Below, piece by piece: positions 1-11,336 of a stretch of DNA of 25,679 bases; within the stretch, counting starts at the first letter, position 1; the number at the start of each line of letters is the position of its first letter. The translations under genes and the position numbers were made by a program. The stretch covers positions 1-25,679 of the forward strand of contig JAOZPR010000009.1 in assembly GCA_029932645.1 (NCBI GenBank), given 5' to 3'. Below the pieces are notes generated by a model. It saw only the letters and a list, made by a program, of their open reading frames with translations. It did not search any database and had not been told where the DNA came from. Source of the DNA: Candidatus Aenigmatarchaeota archaeon. Its GTDB lineage: Archaea > Aenigmatarchaeota > Aenigmatarchaeia > GW2011-AR5 > JAGGXF01.

Positions 1-2
1 AC

Positions 3-3000
3 TCACAGAGTGGTTACAACGACACCATAAACTGGACAGGTGTGTATGCAGAGTTATATAACGGATCAATTTTATTCAACACTGGTGGCACAGACATATA
101 TGGCTATCTACTAATGAAAGTACAGAAGTCAGAAGCTGGTGGATGGACAGACGTGGAAACAGTTGTTGACGATACCTCGCCGAGAAACATACTAAGCGGT
201 TCTTATCTTAACCTCTCGTCAATATGGAATCCCGCCGGTTGGGACACAGATAAAAGAGATCCAGGAACATATAGAGTGTTCGCAGCACTGAGAGATGGTT
301 CCGGAAATATACTTGAAAATGATGACAATAGTTTGATGACAGGTTACTATCAATTTAACCTAACACCGCCACCCAGTATGATAGAGATAGAAAACATTAA
401 AATCTACGATGTTACAAATGCTGCTAATAATCACACCGATACAACAAATCTAACTGGTTCTGGAACAAACACGACATTTAATCTATATACTGGAAAATTA
501 TATAGAATAGAGTTTTGGGTGAAGAATAACGACAGCAGCGAGGCGAACTGGACCATCAGCTCGTCAGATGACATATTCCACGAATACCTGAACAGCACTT
601 GGGCCATAGATAACAATACTGATATGTGGTTTGCCAACGACACGACAAACAACACAGGCGGAAGCTGGTCTGGTGGAAAGGTCGATTGGGACACTTCGCA
701 AGGGATGAACGTGACCATAGGCAATTATGTCAAGTTCTATTACGTATTCAATATAACGACCGCTGCGAATGAAAACTATCAAGTCCATTTCATGATTAAC
801 AACACATATTTCACAGAGGAAGACTATTCAACGTTCAAGATAATCCTCAGCGAGAGCCAGCCACCGCAACTTTATAATAATATCTATAATATTACACCAA
901 CACAAGTTGACAGGGGGCAATCAGCATTAGTCTATGCGCGCTGGAACGAGGAAATTTCCGAGGCAAAGACTGAATACAACAGCACCTCCTCGACATTACA
1001 GAATCATACAATCAGCCTGCCAGACCCCAACCCACAGAACTGGACAAACCACACAATTTCAACGAACTCTGGCTGGACAACTGGCGTGCACAAAGTAAAG
1101 ATATATGCAGCAGACATGAACAGCAACTGGAACAACACATTGAGCTATCTCGACCTTGATGTCTACGGCTTAGCAAGCGTGGTTGACTCTAATTTAACAA
1201 ACGACACGATTGACTCGGGCGGCTGGACAATAATGCAGTGCCGTGTGCAGGCCGACAACAGCAGTTATATAGAATCTTATAATGTCACATTCTATAATTC
1301 CACAGATTATTTAGGTTACAACACCACAAATGCCACAGGCTGGGCTCGATTCAACTTCACAGACAATAGCCTTGGATACGAAACAATAACGTGTAATATT
1401 ACAGACGATACAACAAAATTCTTACATGCTTCTTCCCAACATCAGAAACAAGAAACCCTTCACACGATAGAGCATGAGCCTCCAAAATACTATAATGTTA
1501 GTCCAAGCCTCTCTATGCAGCACAAGGGATATAACATAACTTATAGGTCCAACTGGACTGATAACTTTGAGCTAGATTATGCATGGTTAGAAACGAATGA
1601 AACCGGGCAGTGGAAAAACAACTCTTTACACAATCCAATCAAGTTAACAGGAGATGAAGACTGGGCAAATTTCACAGTCACACTGCCTCAGAACATGACA
1701 CCGGGAATAATGGGTTGGAGAATATGGGCAAACGACACATCTGGCAACATCAACAAAACAGATGTCAATACGACAGAAGTCCGCGCATGGATAGGTGTTG
1801 CGGACAGTGATCTAACACCTAGTACTATATTCAACAATAGCTGGTCGGTAATGTATTGTCAGGTTCAGGAGGCCAACACATCCGGCATAGATAATTACAA
1901 TGTAACATTCTACAGTAATGAGTCTGGCTACATGGGTTGGAACACGACCAATGCGACAGGTTGGGCTCGATTCAACTTCACAGACAATACAACAGGCCTT
2001 GAAGAAATAACATGTAATATTACAGACGATCTTTCAAGGTATCTCGAGGTCGCTCCAGGTTATGAAAACAGAACAGAAACCCTGGACACCAGAGTTCCTG
2101 GTGCAGATGTGACACCACCAGGTCTGGTTGATAATACATACGGTTTGAACACGACATGGGTCTGGAAAGGCGGTTCTGTTTTAGCATATGCCCACTGGAA
2201 TGAAACAATATACGATGCCTATATAAAATACAATTCCACATCTTCGAGTTTTGAGAGCCATCAAATATCGGGACTGCCGAGCAATTGGACAAATTATACA
2301 ATTTCTACAAATTCTAGCTGGATAGTGGGTAATCATTCTGTGAAGATAAATGCCAGTGATTTTGACAACAACTGGAACAACAGCCTTGAATACAAACACT
2401 TCATCGTTTGGGGACGGTCAGAAGTCGTATGGCTTTCACCTTCTGCTACTGTTTACAGGCAGACGACAGCATTAAGTTGTAATGTGACTGATAAGGACAG
2501 CGGCGAGCCAATACAAGGTGTAACTGTCAAGTTCTACAACGGGTCATGGGAATATTTGGGTTCAAATGATTCAGACGCCACTGGCAAGGCTGAAATAAAC
2601 TACGACTTTAGTTCATATGCGGTGGGACCACAGACGCTGCACTGCGTCATAGAAAATGAACCAAGTCTGTACTACAATACATCATCCGGCGACGACACAG
2701 GCAACGGGCCAATAACTGTGAAAGGTCTCCTGAATGTTAGCATAGATAATCCCGCACCCGGCACAGATGTGCGTAAAGGAGAAATAATATGGCTAAACTC
2801 CAGTACCAAAGATGAATTCGACCAATCTGTCAGCGTCAATGCAACGTGGCGAAACACGACCACAGAATTGGCGACAACAGAGGACTATAATTGGACCATA
2901 CCTGTCGGACATTCTGTCGGTCCAGAACTCATAACCATTAATGTGTCTAAACAATATTACGACCCCGATTCCAAGAACGTTAGTGTAAACGTATGGGGAT

Positions 3001-6000
3001 GGTCAAATATAACCTGGGACAGTCCGGCCTCCGGTAATTATACACAAGAAACTGTGCTGAACCTAACATGTCGCGTACTCGATGCGAACACATCATCAGG
3101 CATCGAGTCTTACAATGTCACATTCTACAACAATGATACGGGCTACATGGGCTACAACACAACGAACAGCACGGGCTATGCGATTTACCATTGGGATACA
3201 ACAGGTCTGCTCGGTAATTACACAGTTACTTGTAATATAACAGACGACGCTTCTGTTTATTATAACGCGACAGCTGATGATTCTGCGACTGCCTGGTTTG
3301 ATATGACAGCAGCAGACACAGAAGCACCCAAATACTCTGGTGTAAACCAGACTGTCGGCGGCACAAATGTAACATTAATACACAAGGGCGAGTCAGTCAA
3401 TTTCACTGCTACATGGACAGATGACCACAACCTTAGCACAGCCCTGCTCGCGACCAATGAGACCGGTTCAATGCAGAACAAGACTGCGAATTACTCATCT
3501 CCGTATTCATTCACAACCGCGATCGGGCCAGAACAAAGCACACTCGAGTGGTCCAACATAACAGACTTCACAGGTCCAATGGGCTGGCAAATCTGGGCAA
3601 ATGATACGACAGGCAAGTCCAACCAGACACCTCTACAGACCATATATGTTTGGGGATGGTCCGAGGTTGATAATGCATATCTGCAGCCCGATAATATAAA
3701 CCAAAGCCAGCAGACTACGATGTATTGTCATGTGCGCGATGCAAACACCACATCTGATTTGAATCAATATAATGTCACATTCTACAACTCTACTGACTAC
3801 TTGGGCTACAACACAACAAACGCAACAGGCTGGGCTCAGTTCACATTTACAGATTATTCTCCTGGTCAAGAAACTATTACGTGTAACATAACTCATGACG
3901 CCTCGCAATATTACAACGCATCTGCCAACAATGAGGGATCTGATGTTCTGACTACAAATGATACAGAGGCGCCGCAATACTCTGATATCAAGCAAACTGT
4001 TGGCGGTTCGCCAGTCACGCTCATACACAAAGGTGAATCAGTAAATCTGAGCGCAAACTGGACAGATAATTATAATCTCAGCACAGCAATATTAGCAACA
4101 AATGAAACAGGTTCATGGCACAACTGGACTGGTAACTATTCATCTCCATATTCATTCACAAGCGCAACTGGTCCTGAGCAGAGCGTGTTCGAATGGTCAA
4201 ACATAACAGATTTCACCGGGTTGATGCAATGGCGCATATATGCAAATGACACAACAGGCAACACGAATGTTACGCCTGCTCAGAATATTTACATATGGGG
4301 CTGGAGTAATATAACCTGGATAGAGCCAACCGAGGACCAGTTCCCTGTTTACAACATTATTGATATAGTATGCAGGGTTCAGGATGTGAATGATTCATCA
4401 GTCATAGAAGATTACAATGTCACGTTCTACAACAACAAGACAGGCTACATGGACTGGAACACGACCAACTCGACAGGTTATGCAGTCTATCACTGGAATG
4501 CGAGCAGCACAGGCAACTATACAATAACCTGTAATATAACTGATTGGGCCGACAAGTATTACAATGCATCTGCTACCAACTCGCAGAACATGTCCATATA
4601 CATCTATAATCAAGTCCCGAACATTACTGATAATGGTTTCACACCAAATACAAACACATACTGGGGCCGCACATACCAGTTCAATGCCACGGTCTCTGAT
4701 GCAGAGTCAGATAACTGTACGGTTAAACTCAATATAGACGGCCAGGTTGTCAACCAGTCTACCCAAGAATGCCCTTCTTCTGGCACAGATGTATTATTGA
4801 ACTGGACAACAGACTACCTGGATGTCGGACAACATGATTATAACTTCACAATTAATGACACAGCAGGCAATTACAATACGACATCAAACAGCACCATAAC
4901 AATAGAGGCAAGAGATTTAGACACGCTTGCTGGTTCATGGACACCTACGGGTTCTATTGTCTACAAAAACGAGACAATCAACTTTACTGTGTCGTCTGTC
5001 ACAGACGAGGCGTCTGATGCTGTGGACGCAACAAACTATACACGCTCAGACACTGGCGATTGGGATCCGTCTGACAACAACGTAGCTGACACGATAAGTC
5101 CGAATGCCCGCGTCACAAACACGACACAATATTATAAAGCATATGCCAACCAGACCAAGCAGTACACAGTATGGTCTTATTCCAATGTGTCCATAACATC
5201 ACCGCCTGACAGCACGCAGGTGGCTCGTGGAGATATAGAGAACATAACATGCAGGGTTGTTGATTATTTCAGCGGGTCCGGAGCGAACAACTACCCAGTA
5301 GACTTCTATATTGATGATACATACAACACAACAATAAATACCAACTCAACAGGCTACGCAACATTCTCCTGGAACAGTTCTGGTTACAGCTTCGGGTTTC
5401 ATGATGTAAATTGCACAATAGATGATAATGAGACGCTGAAATATAATGCATCTGATGATAATGACCACATACAACTTGAGGTCATTGCCGGTGGCACGCT
5501 TTCTGTTAATGTTACTGAGCCTGCAAACCAGAGCGACTACAATCTGTCTGATCAGTTCACCATAAATATAAATGCTTCGTGTTCTGGCGGCGACTGCGGC
5601 GCTGTTAACCTGACACTGCAGTATTGTTCTGGCACATCTTGTACTGATTGGGCAGATGTTTCTACAACAACACCGATAAACACAAGCGAGCCTGCTGAGC
5701 AGGTCTGCGACAGCGACTTGTTGAACAGTGAGCAGTGTAATGTCACATGGACAGTCTGGGCCAGAGACGGCGGAACATACAGAATAAACGGCTTGGCTGA
5801 AAGCACTGTGCTGAACCCTGTCAATGACACAACACCCAACACAATATACATAAACCAGCTGAACGCGACAATAGACAAGCCAGAAGACGATTATCAGTTA
5901 TACGTTAACACAGAGTTCACGCTAAACGGAACAATATATTGCGAGGGCAAGACATGCGGCCATGTCTATGCTTATGCACAGGACAACGAAACTGGCGCAT

Positions 6001-7640
6001 GGGAAAACACAGGTTCGAACAATCTGACAACAACAGACAGCAATCCTTATGACTGCGGTGTCATGAACGACGGGGATTATTGCTATCCTGAGTGGAATAT
6101 GACTTCGGCTGTCGCGAAGGCATATTGGGTCAGGATTTATGTAAACAATTCTGCAGACACTTTGAATAATGTCACCAGCGTAAGGAAAGTTACATTTGCG
6201 ACCGACTTGGACGCGCCACAATATTCAAATGTTAACCAGACAGTTGGCGGCTCCCATGTTACGTTAATTCATAAGGGTGAGTCGGTTAACCTGAGCGCAT
6301 ACTGGACAGACAATGCAGAACTTGATTATGCTCTGCTTGCAACAAACGAAACAGGCTCAATGCAGAACAAGTCTGCTTACGGATCACCACATGACTTTGC
6401 CGGTTCCAACGAATCGTGGGCTAATTTCACTTGGTCCAACATAACAGATTTCACAGGTCCAATGGGCTGGCAGATTTGGGCAAATGATACATCAAACCTC
6501 AGCAACCAGACGCCGTTGCAGACCATATACATTTGGGGTTGGTCTAACGTGACATGGGTTAGTCCAGACTCTACAAACTACACAGAAGGCACGATAGTCA
6601 ATATCACATGTCGCGTACTCGATGCGAACACATCATCAGGCATCGAGTCTTACAATGTCACATTCTACAACAATGATACGGGCTACATGGGCTACAACAC
6701 AACGAACAGCACGGGCTATGCGATTTACCATTGGGATACAACAGGCTCGTCAGGCAACTATACGATAACTTGTAACATAACTGATTGGGCTGCTGAATAC
6801 TATAATGACACAGCCCAGAACAGCGACAACAGATGGTTTAACATAACCGAAGCTCCGTTCTATCTCGAAGCATATTTATATGAACCTGTCGACGACCAAG
6901 TTGTTGGTAAAGACAGGTTATTTACTGTAAATGCCACAGCCATTTGTCGCAATGCGACCTGTGGCACGATTTACGGAACAGTACGATATAACAAAACTAC
7001 TGGTTCCCCAGATACACCCATCAATGAGACCCCGGACACTCCATTTTGGATACCGTCCGGGGTTAATACTCAAAACTGCACAAACGTGTTGGAAAACCAG
7101 TCTTGCAACCTGACATGGTCTGTGAATGCTTCGGGCGGATTCAGGGAAAAATATGAAATAGGCGTTAGATTCAGCAGCTCAGGTGTTACAAACGACACGC
7201 CAAGCAACACAGTAGAGATAGGCAAGGTCTTGCTTTTGAACCTCACATTCGATTCAATCGATTTCGGGGAGCATGACCCTGGCACAGAAAATGTTTCAGC
7301 GCCGGGCAACACGAATAATCAATATAATATAACAGTTGAGCCAAACTCCAATAACGTAGAATGGTTATGGATAAAAAGCACAAACCTGACACACACAGAT
7401 TATGAGGGCAGTCCGAGTCCGCCAAGTTATACGATAATACCAGCCACAAGCGTCAAATGGAACAACCAAACCAACAATGTTACAAGCGCGGCCGCCATGA
7501 GTAATGTTTATCAGTTGATGCGCGAGAATGTGTCGTCAAACACGACCATCAATACATACTATTGGATATCTGTGCCGACCGGAAAGGCACACGGCGTTTA
7601 CAACGGCGTGATGTACATATTTGCTAATGCGACATACTAA
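3..7640 (+). CDS. Giant repetitive secreted/surface glycoprotein (tandem Ig-like beta domains, C-terminal fimbrial-subunit-like domain); 5' end lies upstream of the window
   Basis: ORF track gives 42..7640 (2532 aa) but the frame is open back to position 3 and no signal peptide is visible. N/T/S/D-rich with very many N-x-S/T sequons. Recurring modules such as 'C.V.DANTSSGIESYNVTFYN...GYNTTN.TG.A' and 'D.EAP.YS...QTVGG..VTLIHKGESVN..A.WTD...L..A.LATNETG'. No C-terminal TM anchor. Confidence 0.85.
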   Translation, partial: SQSGYNDTINWTGVYAELYNGSILFNTGGTDIYGYLLMKVQKSEAGGWTDVETVVDDTSPRNILSGSYLNLSSIWNPAGWDTDKRDPGTYRVFAALRDGSGNILENDDNSLMTGYYQFNLTPPPSMIEIENIKIYDVTNAANNHTDTTNLTGSGTNTTFNLYTGKLYRIEFWVKNNDSSEANWTISSSDDIFHEYLNSTWAIDNNTDMWFANDTTNNTGGSWSGGKVDWDTSQGMNVTIGNYVKFYYVFNITTAANENYQVHFMINNTYFTEEDYSTFKIILSESQPPQLYNNIYNITPTQVDRGQSALVYARWNEEISEAKTEYNSTSSTLQNHTISLPDPNPQNWTNHTISTNSGWTTGVHKVKIYAADMNSNWNNTLSYLDLDVYGLASVVDSNLTNDTIDSGGWTIMQCRVQADNSSYIESYNVTFYNSTDYLGYNTTNATGWARFNFTDNSLGYETITCNITDDTTKFLHASSQHQKQETLHTIEHEPPKYYNVSPSLSMQHKGYNITYRSNWTDNFELDYAWLETNETGQWKNNSLHNPIKLTGDEDWANFTVTLPQNMTPGIMGWRIWANDTSGNINKTDVNTTEVRAWIGVADSDLTPSTIFNNSWSVMYCQVQEANTSGIDNYNVTFYSNESGYMGWNTTNATGWARFNFTDNTTGLEEITCNITDDLSRYLEVAPGYENRTETLDTRVPGADVTPPGLVDNTYGLNTTWVWKGGSVLAYAHWNETIYDAYIKYNSTSSSFESHQISGLPSNWTNYTISTNSSWIVGNHSVKINASDFDNNWNNSLEYKHFIVWGRSEVVWLSPSATVYRQTTALSCNVTDKDSGEPIQGVTVKFYNGSWEYLGSNDSDATGKAEINYDFSSYAVGPQTLHCVIENEPSLYYNTSSGDDTGNGPITVKGLLNVSIDNPAPGTDVRKGEIIWLNSSTKDEFDQSVSVNATWRNTTTELATTEDYNWTIPVGHSVGPELITINVSKQYYDPDSKNVSVNVWGWSNITWDSPASGNYTQETVLNLTCRVLDANTSSGIESYNVTFYNNDTGYMGYNTTNSTGYAIYHWDTTGLLGNYTVTCNITDDASVYYNATADDSATAWFDMTAADTEAPKYSGVNQTVGGTNVTLIHKGESVNFTATWTDDHNLSTALLATNETGSMQNKTANYSSPYSFTTAIGPEQSTLEWSNITDFTGPMGWQIWANDTTGKSNQTPLQTIYVWGWSEVDNAYLQPDNINQSQQTTMYCHVRDANTTSDLNQYNVTFYNSTDYLGYNTTNATGWAQFTFTDYSPGQETITCNITHDASQYYNASANNEGSDVLTTNDTEAPQYSDIKQTVGGSPVTLIHKGESVNLSANWTDNYNLSTAILATNETGSWHNWTGNYSSPYSFTSATGPEQSVFEWSNITDFTGLMQWRIYANDTTGNTNVTPAQNIYIWGWSNITWIEPTEDQFPVYNIIDIVCRVQDVNDSSVIEDYNVTFYNNKTGYMDWNTTNSTGYAVYHWNASSTGNYTITCNITDWADKYYNASATNSQNMSIYIYNQVPNITDNGFTPNTNTYWGRTYQFNATVSDAESDNCTVKLNIDGQVVNQSTQECPSSGTDVLLNWTTDYLDVGQHDYNFTINDTAGNYNTTSNSTITIEARDLDTLAGSWTPTGSIVYKNETINFTVSSVTDEASDAVDATNYTRSDTGDWDPSDNNVADTISPNARVTNTTQYYKAYANQTKQYTVWSYSNVSITSPPDSTQVARGDIENITCRVVDYFSGSGANNYPVDFYIDDTYNTTINTNSTGYATFSWNSSGYSFGFHDVNCTIDDNETLKYNASDDNDHIQLEVIAGGTLSVNVTEPANQSDYNLSDQFTININASCSGGDCGAVNLTLQYCSGTSCTDWADVSTTTPINTSEPAEQVCDSDLLNSEQCNVTWTVWARDGGTYRINGLAESTVLNPVNDTTPNTIYINQLNATIDKPEDDYQLYVNTEFTLNGTIYCEGKTCGHVYAYAQDNETGAWENTGSNNLTTTDSNPYDCGVMNDGDYCYPEWNMTSAVAKAYWVRIYVNNSADTLNNVTSVRKVTFATDLDAPQYSNVNQTVGGSHVTLIHKGESVNLSAYWTDNAELDYALLATNETGSMQNKSAYGSPHDFAGSNESWANFTWSNITDFTGPMGWQIWANDTSNLSNQTPLQTIYIWGWSNVTWVSPDSTNYTEGTIVNITCRVLDANTSSGIESYNVTFYNNDTGYMGYNTTNSTGYAIYHWDTTGSSGNYTITCNITDWAAEYYNDTAQNSDNRWFNITEAPFYLEAYLYEPVDDQVVGKDRLFTVNATAICRNATCGTIYGTVRYNKTTGSPDTPINETPDTPFWIPSGVNTQNCTNVLENQSCNLTWSVNASGGFREKYEIGVRFSSSGVTNDTPSNTVEIGKVLLLNLTFDSIDFGEHDPGTENVSAPGNTNNQYNITVEPNSNNVEWLWIKSTNLTHTDYEGSPSPPSYTIIPATSVKWNNQTNNVTSAAAMSNVYQLMRENVSSNTTINTYYWISVPTGKAHGVYNGVMYIFANATY
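3066..3205 (+). repeat. 140-bp exact intragenic repeat, copy 1
   Basis: Identical by eye to 6606..6745 (offset 3540, in frame). Confidence 0.9.
6606..6745 (+). repeat. 140-bp exact intragenic repeat, copy 2
   Basis: Identical by eye to 3066..3205. Confidence 0.9.
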
Positions 7641-7684
7641 AAACGCACTAAAATACAAATTATAAAAAACACGGAGATGAATAT

Positions 7685-8575
7685 ATGAGTATGGGTTTTG
7701 AAAAAAGAATTCTTTTAATTCTCTTAATTTTGTCAGCTGTGGTCTTCTCTTCGTCTCTTGGCAGCATCAATCAAGGAGATTTCATCAGGCTAGACCCAAG
7801 CCAGTCTGGCGAGTTTAGGATGAGTTTTTTTAACTTTGGCGATGAAGATGTTAAGGTAAAACTAGAGGTGGAGCAAAAACCAGCAAACTGGACTGTCAGC
7901 TTTTATCCTGGCCCTATATTAACTTTGCCAGGCGGCCAAAAGACAAGAACACCTGGTAGCTCCCCTGGCAGCGGCTGGTTCAGATTGAGCACTGGTTATT
8001 ATGTGCCCACATACTCCGCACGCGTGAGAGTCACGGTCGCAGAAACGGTCTATGCCGGAGATCATATTATTAAGGTCATTGCATATACAGAGCCAACTTC
8101 TGGTGCAGGCGGTGCAACCGCAGGAATATCCACAGGTCAGGTAGTCAGCCAAGGCAGATTGTTCACCTTTACAGTAAGAGTTAATAGAGACGGAACCTTC
8201 TATATACCATATAATCCTATAATACCAGTCACTCCCCAAGGTGGAAATAGGGTCACAATAGGAAATAATACAATCCAGCCGACGACATTTGGCAATCTCA
8301 TGGAGAACTATGTTACAGGTTTCATCTCGGCCGGGAAAGAAAATGAAACAGACTCTCTCGGAAACATAATAAGGGTTACCGGAGACAAAAAAGATACAGG
8401 CAGTTCTGGTACTGCCAAAATAACAAGTCTGGAAGAGGATATGTTTCGAACACCAACTGGTCAGACGCCCACAGGCATGGCTGCCGGTGATCAGAGCAGC
8501 ATAGGCCAGTTGATTATCAAGATAATAATTATTTTAATCGTTGTATATCTCGTGGTAAGATGGATAAGAAGTTAA
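7685..8575 (+). CDS. Secreted Ig-like protein with C-terminal transmembrane anchor (possible filament assembly chaperone)
   Basis: N-terminal signal peptide; beta-sandwich pattern 'GEFRMSFFNFGDEDVKVKLEV...ARVRVTV...AGDHIIKVIA'; T/G/S linker; C-terminal hydrophobic helix followed by RWIRS. GGAG SD-like motif upstream. Confidence 0.75.
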   Translation: MSMGFEKRILLILLILSAVVFSSSLGSINQGDFIRLDPSQSGEFRMSFFNFGDEDVKVKLEVEQKPANWTVSFYPGPILTLPGGQKTRTPGSSPGSGWFRLSTGYYVPTYSARVRVTVAETVYAGDHIIKVIAYTEPTSGAGGATAGISTGQVVSQGRLFTFTVRVNRDGTFYIPYNPIIPVTPQGGNRVTIGNNTIQPTTFGNLMENYVTGFISAGKENETDSLGNIIRVTGDKKDTGSSGTAKITSLEEDMFRTPTGQTPTGMAAGDQSSIGQLIIKIIIILIVVYLVVRWIRS

Positions 8576-10791
8576 TATCTTCGCTACCAATTTCGTTGTT
8601 CATAGCCATTATAATATTTGTTGGCATGTCTGGCATAGTCTTTTCCACACCCAATATAACAGACTTTACTTATCCGAGCGGATACGTGAAGATATATAGT
8701 CAGATTAACATTTCCGCAAATGTCACGGACAACGAAACATTGGAAGATGTGATAACAGAGTTTGTTTCTCCGACTGTTGAATATTATAATATGACAAACA
8801 TCGGAGGAGATATCTACCTGCTGAATTTCACGCCAACTAATATGACAGCGTATATATTCAGGATATTCGCAAACAACACGCTTGGAGAAAATAGCACATC
8901 AGAGTGGGGATATTTCACATCTGTAGAGATGAGGAATGTGACAATAAATGTCACAGTAGCTCCAACATGTTGCGGTGCCTATTCTCTGTTCTGGGTTCCA
9001 GAAGAGGTTGTGCAAAACCAGACTATAGCAATATTTGCATTCTTCAGAAACTGTGGTAACTTGGTGGAGAATGAGACAACATCGTTCACCATAAAAAATA
9101 GCGCAGGCCAGAGGGTTGGGTTGTTCATGGGAAGCGACGACCCTGGTTATGTTGTTTCTGAACAAGAGACCGTGGATAGTCTAGAAGACCAGTTTCACTG
9201 GGGCGTGTGGTACTCAGAAGGCCTCCCCTTAGGAAACTATACGGCCATAGTACATACAAATTACTCTTCCACTTATGATGTAAAAAATGAGACATTTACT
9301 TGGTCTGAACTGAAGGCCGGTGCGAACTGCACTGATGTTGAAAACAATCATGCAAACTGTACTAATATTACTTGGTCTGGTTGTACCTATGAATATGGAG
9401 AAAGCATAGAAATATTGACGCCAAATGTTACAGACCCAGCCACAGTGAGTCTAAGCTCTAGCATAAGCGGGAACATGACACCGAACTCAACCATATATGA
9501 AGGCGACAAAAAAATCGGCGAGAGCAATTATACAGGATTCGTTTTCAATATGAGCAGTTGTGATTACTACTGTTTCCTTTGTATGAGTCTGGATAGAAAT
9601 ATAACTGATTCTGAATGCGCTTACGAAGGCGACACGATAGAATCCAATGGATACAATGTTGAGTCAGTAGCTAACAACGGACAGAAAGCGACTGTCAGAG
9701 AGGTCACAGAGAATTGTGACTATAAGATGAGAATATATGACTGTTTTGTTAACGAGAGCACAGACTTTGCCAACTGTACTGTTTATTATGGATGCGGCGG
9801 ATATGCTGAGATGAACAAAACATTTGAGATTGTTGAAAGCATAGGCGAGCCAGAACCAGAACCAGAGCCTCAACCCGAACCCGAACCAGAGCCAGAACCG
9901 ACAACCGGAGCCGGAGCTGAGATGGGAGAACAGATGAAAGAGGGTGAAATAAAAATAGTTATAACACCTGTTGAACCAGAGGTCGAGGGATACCAGGAAG
10001 AGTGGAACCCGGTTATATTCAATGTGACAAATGTCGGAACACTGGAGATTGAAAACATAACGCTGGTTCCATTTGTTCCTGACGGCTGGTCTGCCCAAAA
10101 TGCGACCGTGTCTTATATTAATATTAGCCAAACATTGAACAGAACAATATTTGTCAATCCTTCTACTAGAGTAGCACCTGGTATCTATGCCATACCTGTA
10201 AAGGCCATGCTTGGAAACCAGACGCTGGACTTGAATTATTTCTGGATGAAGGTTCTTCCAGGCCGAAATCTCACAAGATTAGAAATAGTAGAGTTTCCAC
10301 AGGTGCTTGGTTTAGAGTCGCTGAAAAACTACACGATAGCTATATTATTAAAGAACGCGGGCAAGCTACCCCTTCATAATATAACAATAAGGATAGAAAA
10401 TGTTGAGCAATGCATCGAGGCACAGTCGTACGTAACAGGAAACCTGAGCAGCAATGAGACAAAATCTTTTGACTTCTTCCTTCGGACAAAAATCGGGCCA
10501 AAAACATGTCCAGGCATGCTGATAGTTGGTTCTGATGAAAAGGCCTATGCATTTGCACCGATTACGATTAAGGTCATGGCGCCGTTTGCTTTTATACCAC
10601 AGCTGGCAATAACACCTATACTGATACTTTTGATAACCATAACACTGATACTGATACTCAAATACAGAAAGAAACAAAAAAGGCTGAGCCTGAGAACAAT
10701 AGATGAGATATTTTTGGCACTATTGTTTATTGATATTGTACTATTAATATATGTTTTTCTATGGTTCCTTGGTTTTGTATCTTTAATATGA
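8560..10791 (+). CDS. Membrane-anchored cell-surface glycoprotein (Ig-like/CARDB-NEW3-like domains, Cys-rich region, PE linker, two C-terminal TM helices)
   Basis: 743 aa; signal peptide; many sequons; Cys-rich middle; EPEPEPQPEPEPEP linker; 'FNVTNVGT..IENITL...PDGW' and 'LKNAGKLPLHNITI' motifs typical of CARDB/NEW3-like Ig folds. Overlaps the upstream gene by 16 nt. Confidence 0.8.
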   Translation: MDKKLISSLPISLFIAIIIFVGMSGIVFSTPNITDFTYPSGYVKIYSQINISANVTDNETLEDVITEFVSPTVEYYNMTNIGGDIYLLNFTPTNMTAYIFRIFANNTLGENSTSEWGYFTSVEMRNVTINVTVAPTCCGAYSLFWVPEEVVQNQTIAIFAFFRNCGNLVENETTSFTIKNSAGQRVGLFMGSDDPGYVVSEQETVDSLEDQFHWGVWYSEGLPLGNYTAIVHTNYSSTYDVKNETFTWSELKAGANCTDVENNHANCTNITWSGCTYEYGESIEILTPNVTDPATVSLSSSISGNMTPNSTIYEGDKKIGESNYTGFVFNMSSCDYYCFLCMSLDRNITDSECAYEGDTIESNGYNVESVANNGQKATVREVTENCDYKMRIYDCFVNESTDFANCTVYYGCGGYAEMNKTFEIVESIGEPEPEPEPQPEPEPEPEPTTGAGAEMGEQMKEGEIKIVITPVEPEVEGYQEEWNPVIFNVTNVGTLEIENITLVPFVPDGWSAQNATVSYINISQTLNRTIFVNPSTRVAPGIYAIPVKAMLGNQTLDLNYFWMKVLPGRNLTRLEIVEFPQVLGLESLKNYTIAILLKNAGKLPLHNITIRIENVEQCIEAQSYVTGNLSSNETKSFDFFLRTKIGPKTCPGMLIVGSDEKAYAFAPITIKVMAPFAFIPQLAITPILILLITITLILILKYRKKQKRLSLRTIDEIFLALLFIDIVLLIYVFLWFLGFVSLI

Positions 10792-10796
10792 TTTTT

Positions 10797-11327
10797 CTAA
10801 ATTTTCTCTTCTAAGATTTCTTCCTCTTCTGTCAGAGAACGCCAGAAGTACACAAACGCTATTAATATTAGCACGGCAGTTATGAAAGATAAGACATAAC
10901 TGGGTACGTCTATCTCAACTATTTTCAATATGAAAAAGATATCCCCCTTACCCAATAGTGTGTCAATGAAAGACGAAACAAAAAACCCCAAAGCCGTCGC
11001 ATCCATTACTATAGGCACGAAAACCTTTTTTCGCCATTTACGCGCAAGGAAAAAGAACATTAACGACAATATTAACGTCATAAATATTCCAGACCAGAGT
11101 GTTACTATCGCTTCCACTGGTGTCAGTTCGCATAGAGGTTCAATATGTCCCCTGAGGCCCGTGGCAAAAGAAAAAGACATCCTTAGATTCATTGAGCAGG
11201 AAAAAAGCTTCAAAATGAGAATATGCCCGAGTTCATGAAATATTGGAGCAATGTAGAGAACAACTATGGGAAAGAATAATATGGCAAGTTCTTCATATTC
11301 AAGAATTCTTTTTATTATCCTTCTCAC
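10797..11327 (-). CDS. Membrane protein with HExxH motif (M50-like zinc metallopeptidase)
   Basis: 'IAPIFHELGH' in a hydrophobic context; 4-5 predicted TM segments. Confidence 0.65.
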   Translation of the reverse strand: MRRIIKRILEYEELAILFFPIVVLYIAPIFHELGHILILKLFSCSMNLRMSFSFATGLRGHIEPLCELTPVEAIVTLWSGIFMTLILSLMFFFLARKWRKKVFVPIVMDATALGFFVSSFIDTLLGKGDIFFILKIVEIDVPSYVLSFITAVLILIAFVYFWRSLTEEEEILEEKI

Positions 11328-11336
11328 AGAATCACT

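Noticed and set aside
431..7449. Many short opposite-strand or alternate-frame ORFs within the giant gene and other CDSs
   Set aside because: Shadow ORFs fully overlapping longer genes that have recognisable motifs.
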